This document shows positions 12,143 through 22,986 of a DNA stretch of 64,000 bases, in pieces; positions within the stretch are counted from its first letter, which is position 1; the number at the start of each line of letters is the position of its first letter. A model generated the notes under the pieces. That model was not told the origin of the DNA. It searched no databases and saw only the letters and a list, made by a program, of their open reading frames with translations. Both the position numbers and the translations under genes were made by a program. The stretch comes from Anthoceros angustus (lineage: Eukaryota; Plantae; Anthocerotophyta): NCBI GenBank assembly GCA_010909165.1, contig MU008170.1, positions 930,001 to 994,000 on the forward strand, written 5' to 3'.

Positions 12143-13075
12143 GCAGGCGGCGGCTCGTGGAATTGCGGTGATCCGGATCGCGGTGAAGCGAACGCCGCAG
12201 CGCCGCGGCGGCAGCGGGCGCGGCGCGGCCAGCGCGCGCGAGGCGCCAGCCGGCCGCGCCCGCCGCGGCCGCGGGCGGCCAGGCGCGCCGGGCGCCAGCC
12301 GGGCGCCGTGGCGCCAGCCGGCGCCGGCCGCCGCGGAGGCCTTGGCCAGCGGCCAGCGCCCGCAGCCAGAGGCCGCGGCAGCCGCGCCGCGGGCCGCGGC
12401 CGCGGCCTTGGCGCGCGGCCGCGGCCTTGGCGCGCGCAGCGCCGCGAAGCCGCGGCGCCCAGCGCCCGCGCGCCGCCGCGGCGCGCCGCGGCGCGCGAGC
12501 GCGCGCAGGCCGCGCGGCGCCGGGCGCGCGGCGCGGCGCGGGCGCGCGGCGCCAGCCGCGCGGCGGGCGGCGGCGCGCGGCGCGCCGGGGCGCGGGGCCT
12601 GGCGCTGGGCGCGCCGCGCGCCGGCGCGCCGCAGCGCGCCGCGCGGCGCGGGGCGCAGGCGCTGGGCGCGCGCGGGGCGGCGCGGCGCGGGCGCTGGCGC
12701 GCGCCGCGGCGCGCGCGCTGGCGCGGGCGCTGGGCCGCGGCGGCGCCGCGGCCATGGAGAGCGCGGCGCCTGGCGCCAGCCGGGCGCTGGCGCCGCTGGG
12801 CGCGGCGCCGCCGCGGCGGCGCCGCCGCGGCGCAGCGCGGCCGCGCTGGGCGCGCGCGCCCGCAGCTGGCGCGCGCGCGCTGGCGGCCGCGCGCCGCCGG
12901 GCGCGCGCGCGCCGGGGCGCGCCCGGCGCGCGCGCCGCCGCGGCGCAGGCGGCGCGGCCGGCCGGCGGTGCGCGGCCGCGCGGCGTGGCCGTGGCGGCGC
13001 GGGGCCGTGGCGCGCGGTGGCTGCGGCGGGCGCTGGCGCGCGCAGCGCGCGTGGCGCGTGGCGGGCGCGCGGCAA
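12143..13075. other. Extremely GC-rich low-complexity tract in the copia-2 leader
   Basis: About 930 bp of almost only G and C (about 90% or more by eye) between PBS and gag. Confidence 0.9.
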
Positions 13076-13252
13076 AGAGAGTCAACGCCGGGCGGTGGCG
13101 AAAAATTCGTCGAGCGATTGGCGGATTACTGTGGAATAAATAACGCATACAGACGACGGTGATCGCTTTCTTCTTTGACTTTTCTAACAAGGCGAGTTGA
13201 GTGTTTTATCAGACGATTTTTGAGTCATGATGTCTTCATCATCGAAAACGTC

Positions 13253-16200
13253 ATGTTCAATATCGAGAAGTTAGATGGTACTAACTTCCGCTCGGAAAGA
13301 ACAAGTGTATAATGTTCTAGTGCAGAAAAAGCAGATCAAGCCCATAAAGCTGTTAGGCGTCAAACCAGATAGTATGACTGGATGAGTGGCGGGACTGGAT
13401 GAGCTTGCTAGATCTACTATCATGCTAACATTGTCAAAATTGTACTTCAATGTGAAAGATAAGACCACGAGTTACGGTGGCGTGTGTGTGGACTGTATGA
13501 GAAGCAAAGTGCGGCTTCTCAGGTGTATTGGTTGAAACAGCTGGTGGACTTGAAGATGAAGGAAGGGACGAGGATGTCCGATCATCTGAATGATTTCAAT
13601 ACCATTTTCAGCCAGCTCTCATCTCAAGGTATCACGTTCCCAGATTCCGTGAGAGCTATGTGTCTGTTGGTCACATTACCAGAGAGTTGGGACAGTTTTC
13701 GTACAGCTCTGAGTAATTCTACCCCTGCTAGTGGTCTTACCATTGTAAATGTACAAGGTAGCCTGTTAACCGAGGAGGTGAACAGAAAACATGGAACCTT
13801 CCAAAGGTTCCAAAGGTTCCGGTGCCCTCATAGTGAGAGGGAGGTCCCTGCGAAGGGAAGCAACCGGATGTAAGCTTCTCTCGTAGCAAATCTCGTAGTC
13901 GTAATAAGAATGTGGAGTGTCACTATTGTCACAAAGGGGTCACTTCAAAAGAGAGTGCGAGAAGTTCAAAAAGGACCAAGGAAAAGAGAAGAAGCAGGAC
14001 GACAAGAAGGCGACTTGTCATCGAGTTGGAAGAGTTAAACTCGTTGAGGACGGAGATGTCCTTATCTCTTCTTACTTGAATCTTGCACAATTAACGTGGA
14101 TAGTCATTTATTCGCAATTGGATAATTGACTCGGTGCATCTTTCCATGTTACTCCGCATAGAGAGTGGTTTAGCACGATGATGCTACAAGGAAAGGATGC
14201 GTTAGGCTTGGAAATAACTATGCATGCGGATCGCGGCGTGGGTGATGTGCAACTCAAGTTTGACAACGGATCTTCATTCATCTTTGAAGGGCGTTAGGCA
14301 TGTTCAAGTTGACAAAGAGCATGATTAGCGCAGATGCTTGGATGATCTTTGGTTACCACCCGGTTTGGGGATCACTCTTGGAAGATCTCCAAAGGTTCTC
14401 TTGTGTTAGCTCGTGGATCAAGTGTGGCACTTTGTACTCACTTGTAAACATCGCAAAGATCATGTGATCGTGACAGAGCAGCCAAATGTTTCCTTGTGGC
14501 ATTGCGGTTAGGACATATGTCTCGAGAAGGGAATGAAGGTTTTATCTCGCTCGTTATATCCTCGTTTAACTTCTCCGATCTCTCGATGTGTGAGCACTTG
14601 TTTATATGGGAAAGACAAAATCATCACATCGAACACGAGGTAAAAGTAGAAGTAAACCTCTTGAGTTGGTTCACGATGATGTATGTGGACCTATGCTCAT
14701 CGCATCATTAGGCGGTGCCTCCTATTTTGTCACTTTCATAGATGATTTCTCACGCAAGGTGTGGGTTTATCCTTTGAGGAAAAAGGATGAAGTTCGACGG
14801 TTTCGTAAATTTGTCACCCTTGTAGAGAATCCCGCCACCGATTGAAGTGTCTAAGGGCGGATAATGGTGGCGAGTATGTTTCAGCTTTCGGTCATTACGT
14901 GATTCCAAGGAATCAAAAGAGAATTGATCACCAGATACTCCTCCACAAAATGGTGTGGTGAGCGGATGAATGTAACCATTCGGAGAGGATGCGAGTTTGT
15001 TGTCAAACTCGGATTGCCTAATGGGTTTTGGGGCCGTGTTCATCGTACCATCTTATTAACAGATCTCCTAATAAGGTCAGTTGATGAGTGTTCCAGAGGA
15101 GCTATGGTCCGGAAAGAAACCATCCTACAAGCATCTGCGAGTGTTTCATGAGGCATACCGCCATGTTCCAAAAGAGTTTCGGGACAAGTTGGCACCTAAG
15201 TCCAAGAAATGTATTTTTCTTGGCTATGGTGATTCCGTGAGATGGGATACCGCTTTGTGGGATCCGAGGCTAGAAAGGTTGTTCGTACTAACGTGTTCTT
15301 CAATGAGAACAAGATGCAGAAGCCTACTCCAACCGTGGAGGTGCGAAGGGTGATCTTCCAAGAAGATGGACATGATCATCATGGTGGTTGAAAACTGTGG
15401 TAATGTGCGGAGCACATTCCTCCACCGTAGATGAACCAAGAGTCGAACAAGCTCCTATAGAGGTGCTCGTGCTCGTAGGTCGCAGATTACACGACCTCCG
15501 ATGGTATGATCCATCTGGATTATGCCGACAGACAGGGGAACCCTCTTCTTACAAAGAGGCCATGTCAACGAGTAACAAAGACAAGTGGGAGAAGGCCATG
15601 CGATCGAAATGAATTACTGCAAGAACCAAACTTGGGAGTTGGTTCCGCTGTTTAAGGATAAGAAGGCACTCTGCAAATGGGTGTACAAGATGAAGGTCAT
15701 ACCGCTTGATGGCAAACCAAAGTACAAGGCCATTGGTTGCTAAGGGTTTCAAGCAACAACTGTGCATTGACTTTGATGAGATTTTCTCACCGAGTCAAAA
15801 TGACAACTTTGCGATGTGTTCTTGCTTTGGTTGCGAGGATGATATGGAACTTATGCGGATGGATGTCAAGACGGCATTCTTGCATGGTGACCTTCAAGAG
15901 GACGTCTACATGCAAAGAAACAAGGTTTTGTTGAGAAGGGCAAAGAGCATCCGTGCAGTTGAGGAAGAGCCTTTATGGTTTGAAACAGCACCCAGAGTGG
16001 TATCACAAGTTCCACTCATTTATGCTTTCTCAAGGCTACAAACGTAGCGATGAGGATCATTGCCTCTATACGAAGCAAGCTAAGGATCAAAGCTTGCTCA
16101 TTTTGATCCTCTATGTGGATGATATGCTAATTGCTGGGAACAGTACTGATGAGATTTCAGCGTTGAAGTCAAAGTTGAATGCTCACTTTGAAATGACAGA

Positions 16201-17879
16201 CTTGGGAGAGGCGAGCCATATACTTGGCATGCGTATTCGTCGGAACAGACATAAGCGTCTGCTTTATTTGTCTCAGACGGAATACATTAACAGGGTGCTT
16301 CAACGTTTCAACATGGAGAAGGGGAAGCCATTGGGTACTCCATTGCCTCCATATGTGAAACTTTCAAGCGCGGATTGCCCAAGCTCTGAGGAGGACAAAG
16401 CTGAAATGGAGAAGGTCCCATACTCATCGGTGTAGGGAGTTTGATGTATGCAATGATTGCTACGTCACATTGCCTTTGCGGTGGGAGTGGTTAGCGGTTT
16501 ATGTCAAACCACGGCAAGAAGCATTGGGAGGCGATAAAAGGAGTTATGAGGTATCTGAATGGTACAAAAGCTTTGTGCATATGTTTTGGTAGTGAAGATG
16601 CATGTGTGGTTGGGTACAGATCTGATTATCACGAGGATATGGACAAAAGGAGGTCCACATCGAGTTATGTCTTCACGTGCCTTTGGAGGCGATCTCATGG
16701 CGATCTCGTTTGCGATCGTGCATTCGCTATCTACCACAGAGGCCGAGTATGTTGCGACAGCGAGGCTTGCAAGGAAGCCATATGGCTTGCTCGTTTAGTG
16801 GGAGACTTGGGGATCAAGGTTGAGGAAGAGCCTTTATGGTTTGAAGCAGGCACCAGTGGTATCACAAGTTCCACTCATTTATGCTTTCTCAAGGCTACAA
16901 AAGCGTGGCGATGAGGATCATTGCCTCTATCTGAAGCAAGCTAAGGATCAAAGCTTGCTCATTTTGATCCTCTATGTGGATGATATGCTAATTCTTTGAG
17001 CGATCTTGATGAGATTTCGTTGAAGTCAAAGTTGAATGCTCACTTTGAAATAGCAGACTTGGGAGGCGAGCCATATACTTGGCATGCGTATTCGTCGGAT
17101 ATAAGCGTGCTTTATTTGTCTCGACGGAATACATTAACAGTGCTTCAACGTTTCAACATGGAGAAGGGAAGCCATTGGGTACTCCATTGCCTCCATATGT
17201 GAAACTTTCAAGCCGGATTGCCCAAGCTCGAGGAGGACAAAGGAAATGGAGAAGGTCCCATACTCATCGGTGTAGGGAGTTTGATGTATGCAATGATTGC
17301 TACGTCACGACATTGCCTTTGCGGTGGGAGTGGTTAGCGAGTTTATGTCAAACCACGGCAAGAAGCATTGGGAGGCGATAAAAGGAGTTATGAGGTATCC
17401 GAATGGTACAAAAGCTTTGTGCATATGTTTTGGTAGTGAAGATGCATGTGTGGTTGGGTACAGATCTGATTATCACGAGGATATGGACAAAAGGAGGTCC
17501 ACATCGGGTTATGTCTTCATGTGCCTTTGGAGATCTCATGGCGATCTCGTTTGCGATCGTGCATTCGCTATCTACCAGGCCGAGTATGTTGCGACAGAGG
17601 CTTGCAAGGAAGCCATATGGCTTGCTCGTTTAGTGGGAGACTTGGGGATCAAGGTTGGTTGCCGGTGTTGCATTGTGATAGCAGTGCTATCAATTGGCAA
17701 AGAATCCGATGTTTCATGCGAAGACTAAACATGTGGATGTGAAGTATCACTTCATTCGAGAGGTGTTGGACGACAAGAGGGTACAACTTGTCAAGGTTCA
17801 CACGGCGAACCCTGAGATATTCTTACCAAGGGACTCTCTACAGCAATTTGCACAAGCTCGGACGATGGGCATGAGATAG
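13253..17879 (+). pseudogene. gag-pol: Copia-2 gag-pol polyprotein (frameshifted; RT/RNase H partly duplicated)
   Basis: MFNIEKLDGTNF; LLVTLPESWDSF; CHYC..GHFKREC knuckle; IDSG..FHVTP protease; LELVH.DVCGP and YFVTFIDDFSRK integrase; RT MDVKTAFLHG, LRKSLYGLKQ, LILYVDDMLIAG; RNase H EACKEAIWL and KTKHVDVKYHFIRE. Confidence 0.95.
15958..17657. repeat. Tandem duplication (861-bp period) of RT C-terminal half/RNase H start in copia-2
   Basis: gttgaggaagagcctttatggtttgaa starts at both 15958 and 16819; junction microhomology GTTG. Confidence 0.92.
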
Positions 17880-17910
17880 TCCATTCTTCCACGAAGGTAA
17901 ATTGGCCTTT

Positions 17911-17920
17911 AAGTGGGAGG
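17911..17920 (+). promoter_or_regulatory. Polypurine tract of copia-2
   Basis: AAGTGGGAGG one base before the 3' LTR. Confidence 0.8.
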
Positions 17921-17921
17921 T

Positions 17922-18182
17922 TGTAAGGGTATTAAAGCCCAATGTACTTAGACTAATACACTTAGTCTAAGTTAGGTGTCGGTTAAGTATCATTAGTTTA
18001 GCTTAAGCTAATCACTATGAAGCTTCTTGTGCTCCTTCCTAGGAGCTTCTTGTGGAGCTTCCTAGGGAGCCTTCTTGGAGGGTATAAATACCCTCCAAGC
18101 CTCATCTCAATGAGAGAGAGCTACTCTTGCCTCCTCCTCTCCTCTCCTCTTTCCACCAGCATGGCTGCCTCACGATCCTTCA
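17922..18182 (+). repeat. 3' LTR of copia-2 (261 bp)
   Basis: Matches 11842-12090; TATAAATA at 18083-18090; followed by TSD AATGT. Confidence 0.95.
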
Positions 18183-18187
18183 AATGT

Positions 18188-18406
18188 TGGTATTTGCCTA
18201 ACGACAACGTGGGGGAGTTCTTGCGTGCTCAGTGCATTGAGAAACAATTTTACGTCGGGGAGTTCTTGCGTGCTTAGTGCATTGAGAAACAATTTTACGT
18301 CAATGGTTTGAATGGGCCACAACTTCCTAGGGTCAAACCGGTTGACAAAGGATTTAAGAAGAGGAAATCATGGCTTGACATCATGCTAAGGAGAGGCAGC
18401 GGTTGA
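18188..18406 (+). pseudogene. Unrecognised ORF downstream of gypsy Pol, part 2
   Basis: In frame with ...EWDEPTAEC across the TSD: WYLPNDNVGEFLRAQCIEKQFYV..NGLNGPQLPRVKPVDKGFKKRKSWLDIMLRRGSG, TGA at 18404-18406. Confidence 0.6.
18212..18301. repeat. 45-bp in-frame tandem duplication
   Basis: ggggagttcttgcgtgct(c/t)agtgcattgagaaacaattttacgtc twice; the second copy has CAG>TAG. Confidence 0.95.
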
Positions 18407-18602
18407 GCAAAGCTCAGGTTGATGAATACTTTGACCCCGAGGCAGTGGTGGCGTACTGTACAGAGGTGGAGCACGAGAAACCATCAGAGCCTCAATTGTG
18501 TGATAGTATGTTTAGACGATTCTATCGGCGATTTTACGGTATCTGACATGCCCAAGTGCTACCACACCTCGCACGATTGGTGGCACCGACTTCGGCAGGG
18601 AG

Positions 18603-19320
18603 GCCATTTTGGTGTTTACCCCTCTCTTTTTGCTTAGCATAGGACATTGCCGTTATGGTGTGTTTTGAGGAGAGTGTGTGAGGGTAAATTGAGGTTTAGA
18701 GGTGGACTCGATCAGTGCCATGCCCACTATGCAGCTATGGCGCCACACCGGCGGCAAGTAGGACGACACATACGATGGCTATGAGTGCGTGCGGATGATT
18801 GTGAGCGCATGCTCATGTGCATAGGCATGGGGGGGTGATGGGTATGCATAAACCCACCCCCGCCATGAACGGGCATAACGGCAGCCAAGCTTGAGGAGCC
18901 GAACTGTAATCACGGCAAGATTATGGTTTCCGCCGGGATCACGGATGACGCCGCGCGTCCTAGGCAAGTTGCCCGCGATTGGTGGTGCACGGTGCCAAGC
19001 GAAAGGGGATAAAGGGGGCAGCAATCCGCGAGAAGAGACGGATTCGATGTTTGTTCAGACAGATGACAGCCATACAGCCCTGGTGTGGATGGGGCTTTGG
19101 GAGTGAGAAGGATACCGGTGAGAGTGCTTGGAAGGCGATCGTGGGGTGTGTGCTTGCGAGAGACGCCGAACGAGTTTTTGCCATTTTGGTGTTTACCCCT
19201 CTCTTTTTGCTTAGCATAGGACATTGCCGTTATGGTGTATTTTGAGGAGAGTGTGTGAGGGTAAATTGAGGATTAGAGGTGGACTTGATCAATGCCATGC
19301 CCACTATGCAGCTATGGCGC
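18603..19320. repeat. Pair of 141-bp direct repeats (18603-18743, 19180-19320); possibly within the gypsy 3' LTR/terminal region
   Basis: gccattttggtgtttacccctc...gcagctatggcgc twice with 4 mismatches, 577-bp period. Confidence 0.85.
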
Positions 19321-19844
19321 GACAGCCACGACATCACAGTGACCCTTCTTCCCTATGTAGTTTGCACGCCATTTTTCCTTCCTACATATGATGTTTTGGG
19401 ACCATTAGGTATCTTTAGGTAGGGAGCTTAGTCGCTCCTTTTCACCTTGACCCTCGGGGTCCTCCTTGGTTGTCCCCTATCAGATAAGCTTTTCCCATCG
19501 TTTTCTCCTCTAAATAAAATATTCCCTAATCTCTTAGACAAACATGTCATTAGTCATCAAATTAAAGTAGCTAAGGAAAAAAGTATTAGTGATTATCTTA
19601 AATAATATGTATGCATTGAACTATTTATGAAATGTTTTCAAATTCTTATTAATTTTACATTAAAAATATGAACAAATCTAATTGGAATAACTTGGGACAG
19701 AAGGTCCTTGTTCTTTGATGACACCAACTCAGATCTGACACCTTGTAGCACTGTAGAAATGATCACCCTGCTAACAACACACAATAGTCAGTTCTATTTT
19801 AAATTAAGCAGACACTTGAATGTTGTAGGAGTCTAAGACTCCAA

Positions 19845-20060
19845 GCATCTCCTTTGAATAAGTCATGTTTTTACCTTAGGGAGGGCTTTAGTAAGCAGGT
19901 CAGCTGCATTAGATCCCGTGGGGATGTATTCAAGACAGATCGACTTAAAGCGCATCTCGGATGAAATGGTAATGAATCTCGATGTCCTTGGTACGTGCAC
20001 CGGACTCATGGCGCCGCGATTGTTGCGTCCGAGATTGTCGTATGCGTGTCGGAGTCCTCT
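19845..20060 (-). pseudogene. Copia RNase H C-terminal remnant (array module; about 12 copies, e.g. 24915, 30367, 45032, 53534, 62975)
   Basis: Minus strand reads ..LEYIPTGSNAADLLTKALPKVKH, preceded by a frameshifted DIEIHYHFIRD. Confidence 0.85.
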
Positions 20061-20539
20061 CCCAAGACTCACGATGCCGCGAGTGGAGCGATAACTTAAG
20101 AAGGTTCCACATAACGTATAAAAATATGGTATATGGATTATATAAAATCGGTGTTACAAAGGACTTTGAGCCTCCTTTGGCTTTGGCTTCTATGGATTGA
20201 GTATTTGAACTAAGTTTTCTAGCTAGTGACCATGAAGCGACTTCATGTCATCGTAATGACTTCGTCCGTCGTACCATATGGTGATGGTATGTGAGTCATT
20301 CTTGCACCTTCACCGCTCATACCTGTGGGCATGACACCGGCACTGTGTCGCACCTTCCACGCCAAGATGCTACCGTCCAATGCTCCTGCACTTGGGCACC
20401 ACCAGCGCCTGCAACACTGGCACACTCCGACACTTCAGCCCCAGCGACAACCTCACCGATGAAAACACGAGGCACGCATGGAAAGCTAACCCCTCACCAT
20501 CCCTCCCCTTCACAATTGTCCCAGGCAAACCAGATCCTC

Positions 20540-20900
20540 TATATGAGAGAGCGCTGCCTCACGAACCGAGCCAAGAAGCAGAATTTGCTTGCGCTTTCAT
20601 CCACTAAAGTTGAGTATAAGGCCCTGACAGACGCATGGAAGGAGTTAGAGTGGGAAAGGCAACTTTTGGAATGAATCCACTTACCTCAAAGTGCTCCCAC
20701 TAAGCTTCTATGTGAAAGCATGTAGGCTATTGCCTTTTCTCCAATCCTTGGTTTCATGCAAGAACCAAGCACATTGAGCTAAACCACCATTATATCCATG
20801 ACGCCGAAAGGGGCATTGTGAAAGTGGAATACATTAGTCTTGATGAGAATACATTAATATTTTTACAAAGGGCTGCCAAAGCCAAAGCATTTCAAGCATA
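20540..20900 (+). pseudogene. Copia RNase H remnant (array module; 10 copies, e.g. 25650, 31088, 45735, 55683, 63728)
   Basis: KKQNLLALSSTKVEYKAL...NPWFHARTKHIELNHHYIH...VEYISLDEN..NIFTKGLPK, with stops and frameshifts. Confidence 0.85.
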
Positions 20901-21124
20901 TGGCTGCCCTTGGGCTCGGAGTGTTCACTCGCCTCAGTCGAGTTGATATCTACCTTGTTGTCGTGGCGGGCTGTTGATTCTTATTGCCTCTAGGGCTCTG
21001 GAGCTGCTCGCCTTCTTCCCGCTCAAAATGACGTATTCATCGATCGGTAGTCTCTAAGGATGAAGCTACATTATGAAATCTAGGCGTGAGAGGTATCGGA
21101 CATATGGGTCATGTTTTAGGAGGT

Positions 21125-22985
21125 CATATCTTTTTCTTTTCTTTTGTGATTTCTTGGTTGGGTTGTGGTGAAGGTTCTAGTCATTTTCGCTTTCTTTTGT
21201 GAGGATTTTGGTTGTTTTGTTTCTAACCGTTTTTGGGAGGTTTTTCCTCTTGTTTTGTTTTCCTTTGTTATTTTGGGTTGTTGAAGGTTCGGTCTCTTTT
21301 CGGATAATTTTGAGGTTTTTTGTTTTCCTTTGTTATTTTGGGTTGGGTTGTAGTTGAAGGTTCGGTCTCTTTTCGGATAATTTTGAGGGTTTTTGGTTGT
21401 TTTGTCTCTAGTTTCTTATTTTGGGAGGTTATCAGATTTTCCAATTTTTGGGTTGGGTTGTAGTTGAAGGTTCGGTCTCTTTTCGGATAATTTTGAGGGT
21501 TTTTGGTTGTTTTGTCTCTAGTTTCTTATTTTGGGAGGTTATCAATGCTATTTTCCAATTTTTGGGTTGGGTTGTAGCTTTAGGTTCCAATCTCTTTTGA
21601 TTTTGTGAGGGCTTTTGGTTCTCTTGTTTCTAGCTTCTTTAGGTTCCAATCTCTTTTGGATTTTGTGAGGGCTTTTGGTTCTCTTGTTTCTAGATTCTTT
21701 AGGTTCCAATCTCTTTTGATTTTGTGAGGGCTTTTGGTTCTCTTGTTTCTAGCCGTTTTTGGGAGGTTATTTCCTCTTTGTTTATCTTTTCCTTTGTTAT
21801 TTTGGGTTGGGTTGTAGCTGAAGGTTCGAGTCTCTTTTGATTTTGTGAGGGCTTTTGGTTGTTTTGTCTTTAGCTTCTTATTTTGGGAGGTTATCATTGT
21901 TATTTTTTTTTTGGGTTGGGTTGTAGCTAAAGGTTCCAATCTCTTTTCGGATGTTTGTGGGGCTTTTGGTTCTCTTGTTTCTTTTGTGAGGTTTTTTTTT
22001 TGGGTTGTAGGTTCCAATCTTTAGATTTTGTGAGGGCTTATTGGTCTTGTATCTAGCTTCTTTAGGTTCCAATCTCTTTTGGATTTTGTGAGGGCTTTTG
22101 GTTCTCTTGTTTCTAGATTCTTTAGGTTCCAATCTCTTATCGGATTTTTGTGAGGGCTTTTGGTTCTCTTGTTTCTAGCTTTTTTGGGAGGTTATTTCCT
22201 CTTTGTTTATCTTTTCCTTTGTTATTTTTTGGGTTGGGTTGTAGTGAAGGTTCGGTCTCTTTTGATTTTTGTGAGGGCTTTTGGTTGTTTTGTCTTTAGC
22301 TTCTTATTTTGGGAGGTTATCATTGTTATTTTTATTTTGGGTTGGGTTGTAGCTAAAGGTTCCAATCTCTTTTCGGATGTTTGTGGGGGCTTTTTGGTTC
22401 TCTTGTTTCTTGCTTTTTTTGTGTGAGGTTATTTTTGTTATTGTTTTTCCTTTTGGGTTGGATTGTAGCTAAAGGGTCCAATCTTTTTCAGATTTTTGTG
22501 AGGGCTTTTTGGTTCTGTTGTATCTAGCTTCTTTAGGTTCCAATCTCTTTTCGGATTTTTTGTGAGGGCTTTTTGGTTCTCTTGTTTCTAGCTGCTTTAA
22601 GTTCCAATCTCTTTTCGGATTTTTGTGAGGGCTTTTTGGTTCTGTTGTATCTAGCTTCTTTAGGTTCCAATCTCTTTTCGGATTTTGTGAGGGCTTTTGG
22701 TTCTCTTGTTTCTAGCTTCTTATTTTGGGAGGTTATCATTGTTATTTTTTATTTTTTGGTTGGGTTGTGAAGGTTCCAATCGGTCTTTAGATTTTGTGAG
22801 GTTTTTTGATTGTTTTGTTTCTAGCTTCTTTTTTGGGAGGTTATTTTGTTATTGTTTTTCCTTTTGGGTTGGATTGTAGCTGAAGGTTCGATCACTTTTG
22901 GATTTTTGAGGGCCTTGCTTTTGGTTCTAGTGTCTCTTTTGGGAGGTTATTTATTTTGCTTTCTTTTGTGATCTTTTTGGTTGTT
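21125..22985. repeat. T/G-rich ~60-bp satellite block
   Basis: Core ggattttgtgagggcttttggttctcttgtttctagcttctttaggttccaatctcttttc alternates with longer variants containing ttttgggttgggttgtag. Confidence 0.93.
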
Positions 22986-22986
22986 A

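Larger units (their letters stand above)
11842..18182 (+). mobile_element. Ty1/copia LTR retrotransposon 2 (full length, 6341 bp)
   Basis: LTRs TGTAAGGG...CCTTCA; 5-bp TSD AATGT at 11837-11841 and 18183-18187; PBS, PPT and gag-PR-INT-RT-RH order. Confidence 0.97.
1..18406 (+). mobile_element. Ty3/gypsy LTR retrotransposon, 3' part (5' part outside window), split by two nested copia insertions; 3' boundary unresolved
   Basis: RNase H followed by integrase (gypsy domain order) at 1-1444. The integrase continues in frame at 8985 after copia-1 is removed, then PHD finger and a downstream ORF. Inclusion of the downstream ORF rests on adjacency. Confidence 0.8.

Noticed and set aside
12143-13075. 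rDNA spacer or rRNA expansion segment suggested by extreme GC content
   Set aside because: No conserved 18S, 5.8S or 28S sequence flanks it; it lies inside a TSD-bounded copia element.
12015-13190. Five overlapping 238-391 aa Ala/Arg/Gly/Pro-rich ORFs on both strands
   Set aside because: Near-pure GC sequence has almost no stop codons; no domain is recognisable, and the position is the non-coding copia leader.
18738-18750. TGGCGCC as a primer-binding site making the 141-bp repeats a TRIM
   Set aside because: The motif lies within the repeat end rather than after a CA terminus, and no PPT or TSD was found.
21330-21580. Telomere array suggested by TTGGGTTGGG motifs
   Set aside because: Only two GGG units occur per monomer and there is no run of TTTAGGG or TTAGGG.
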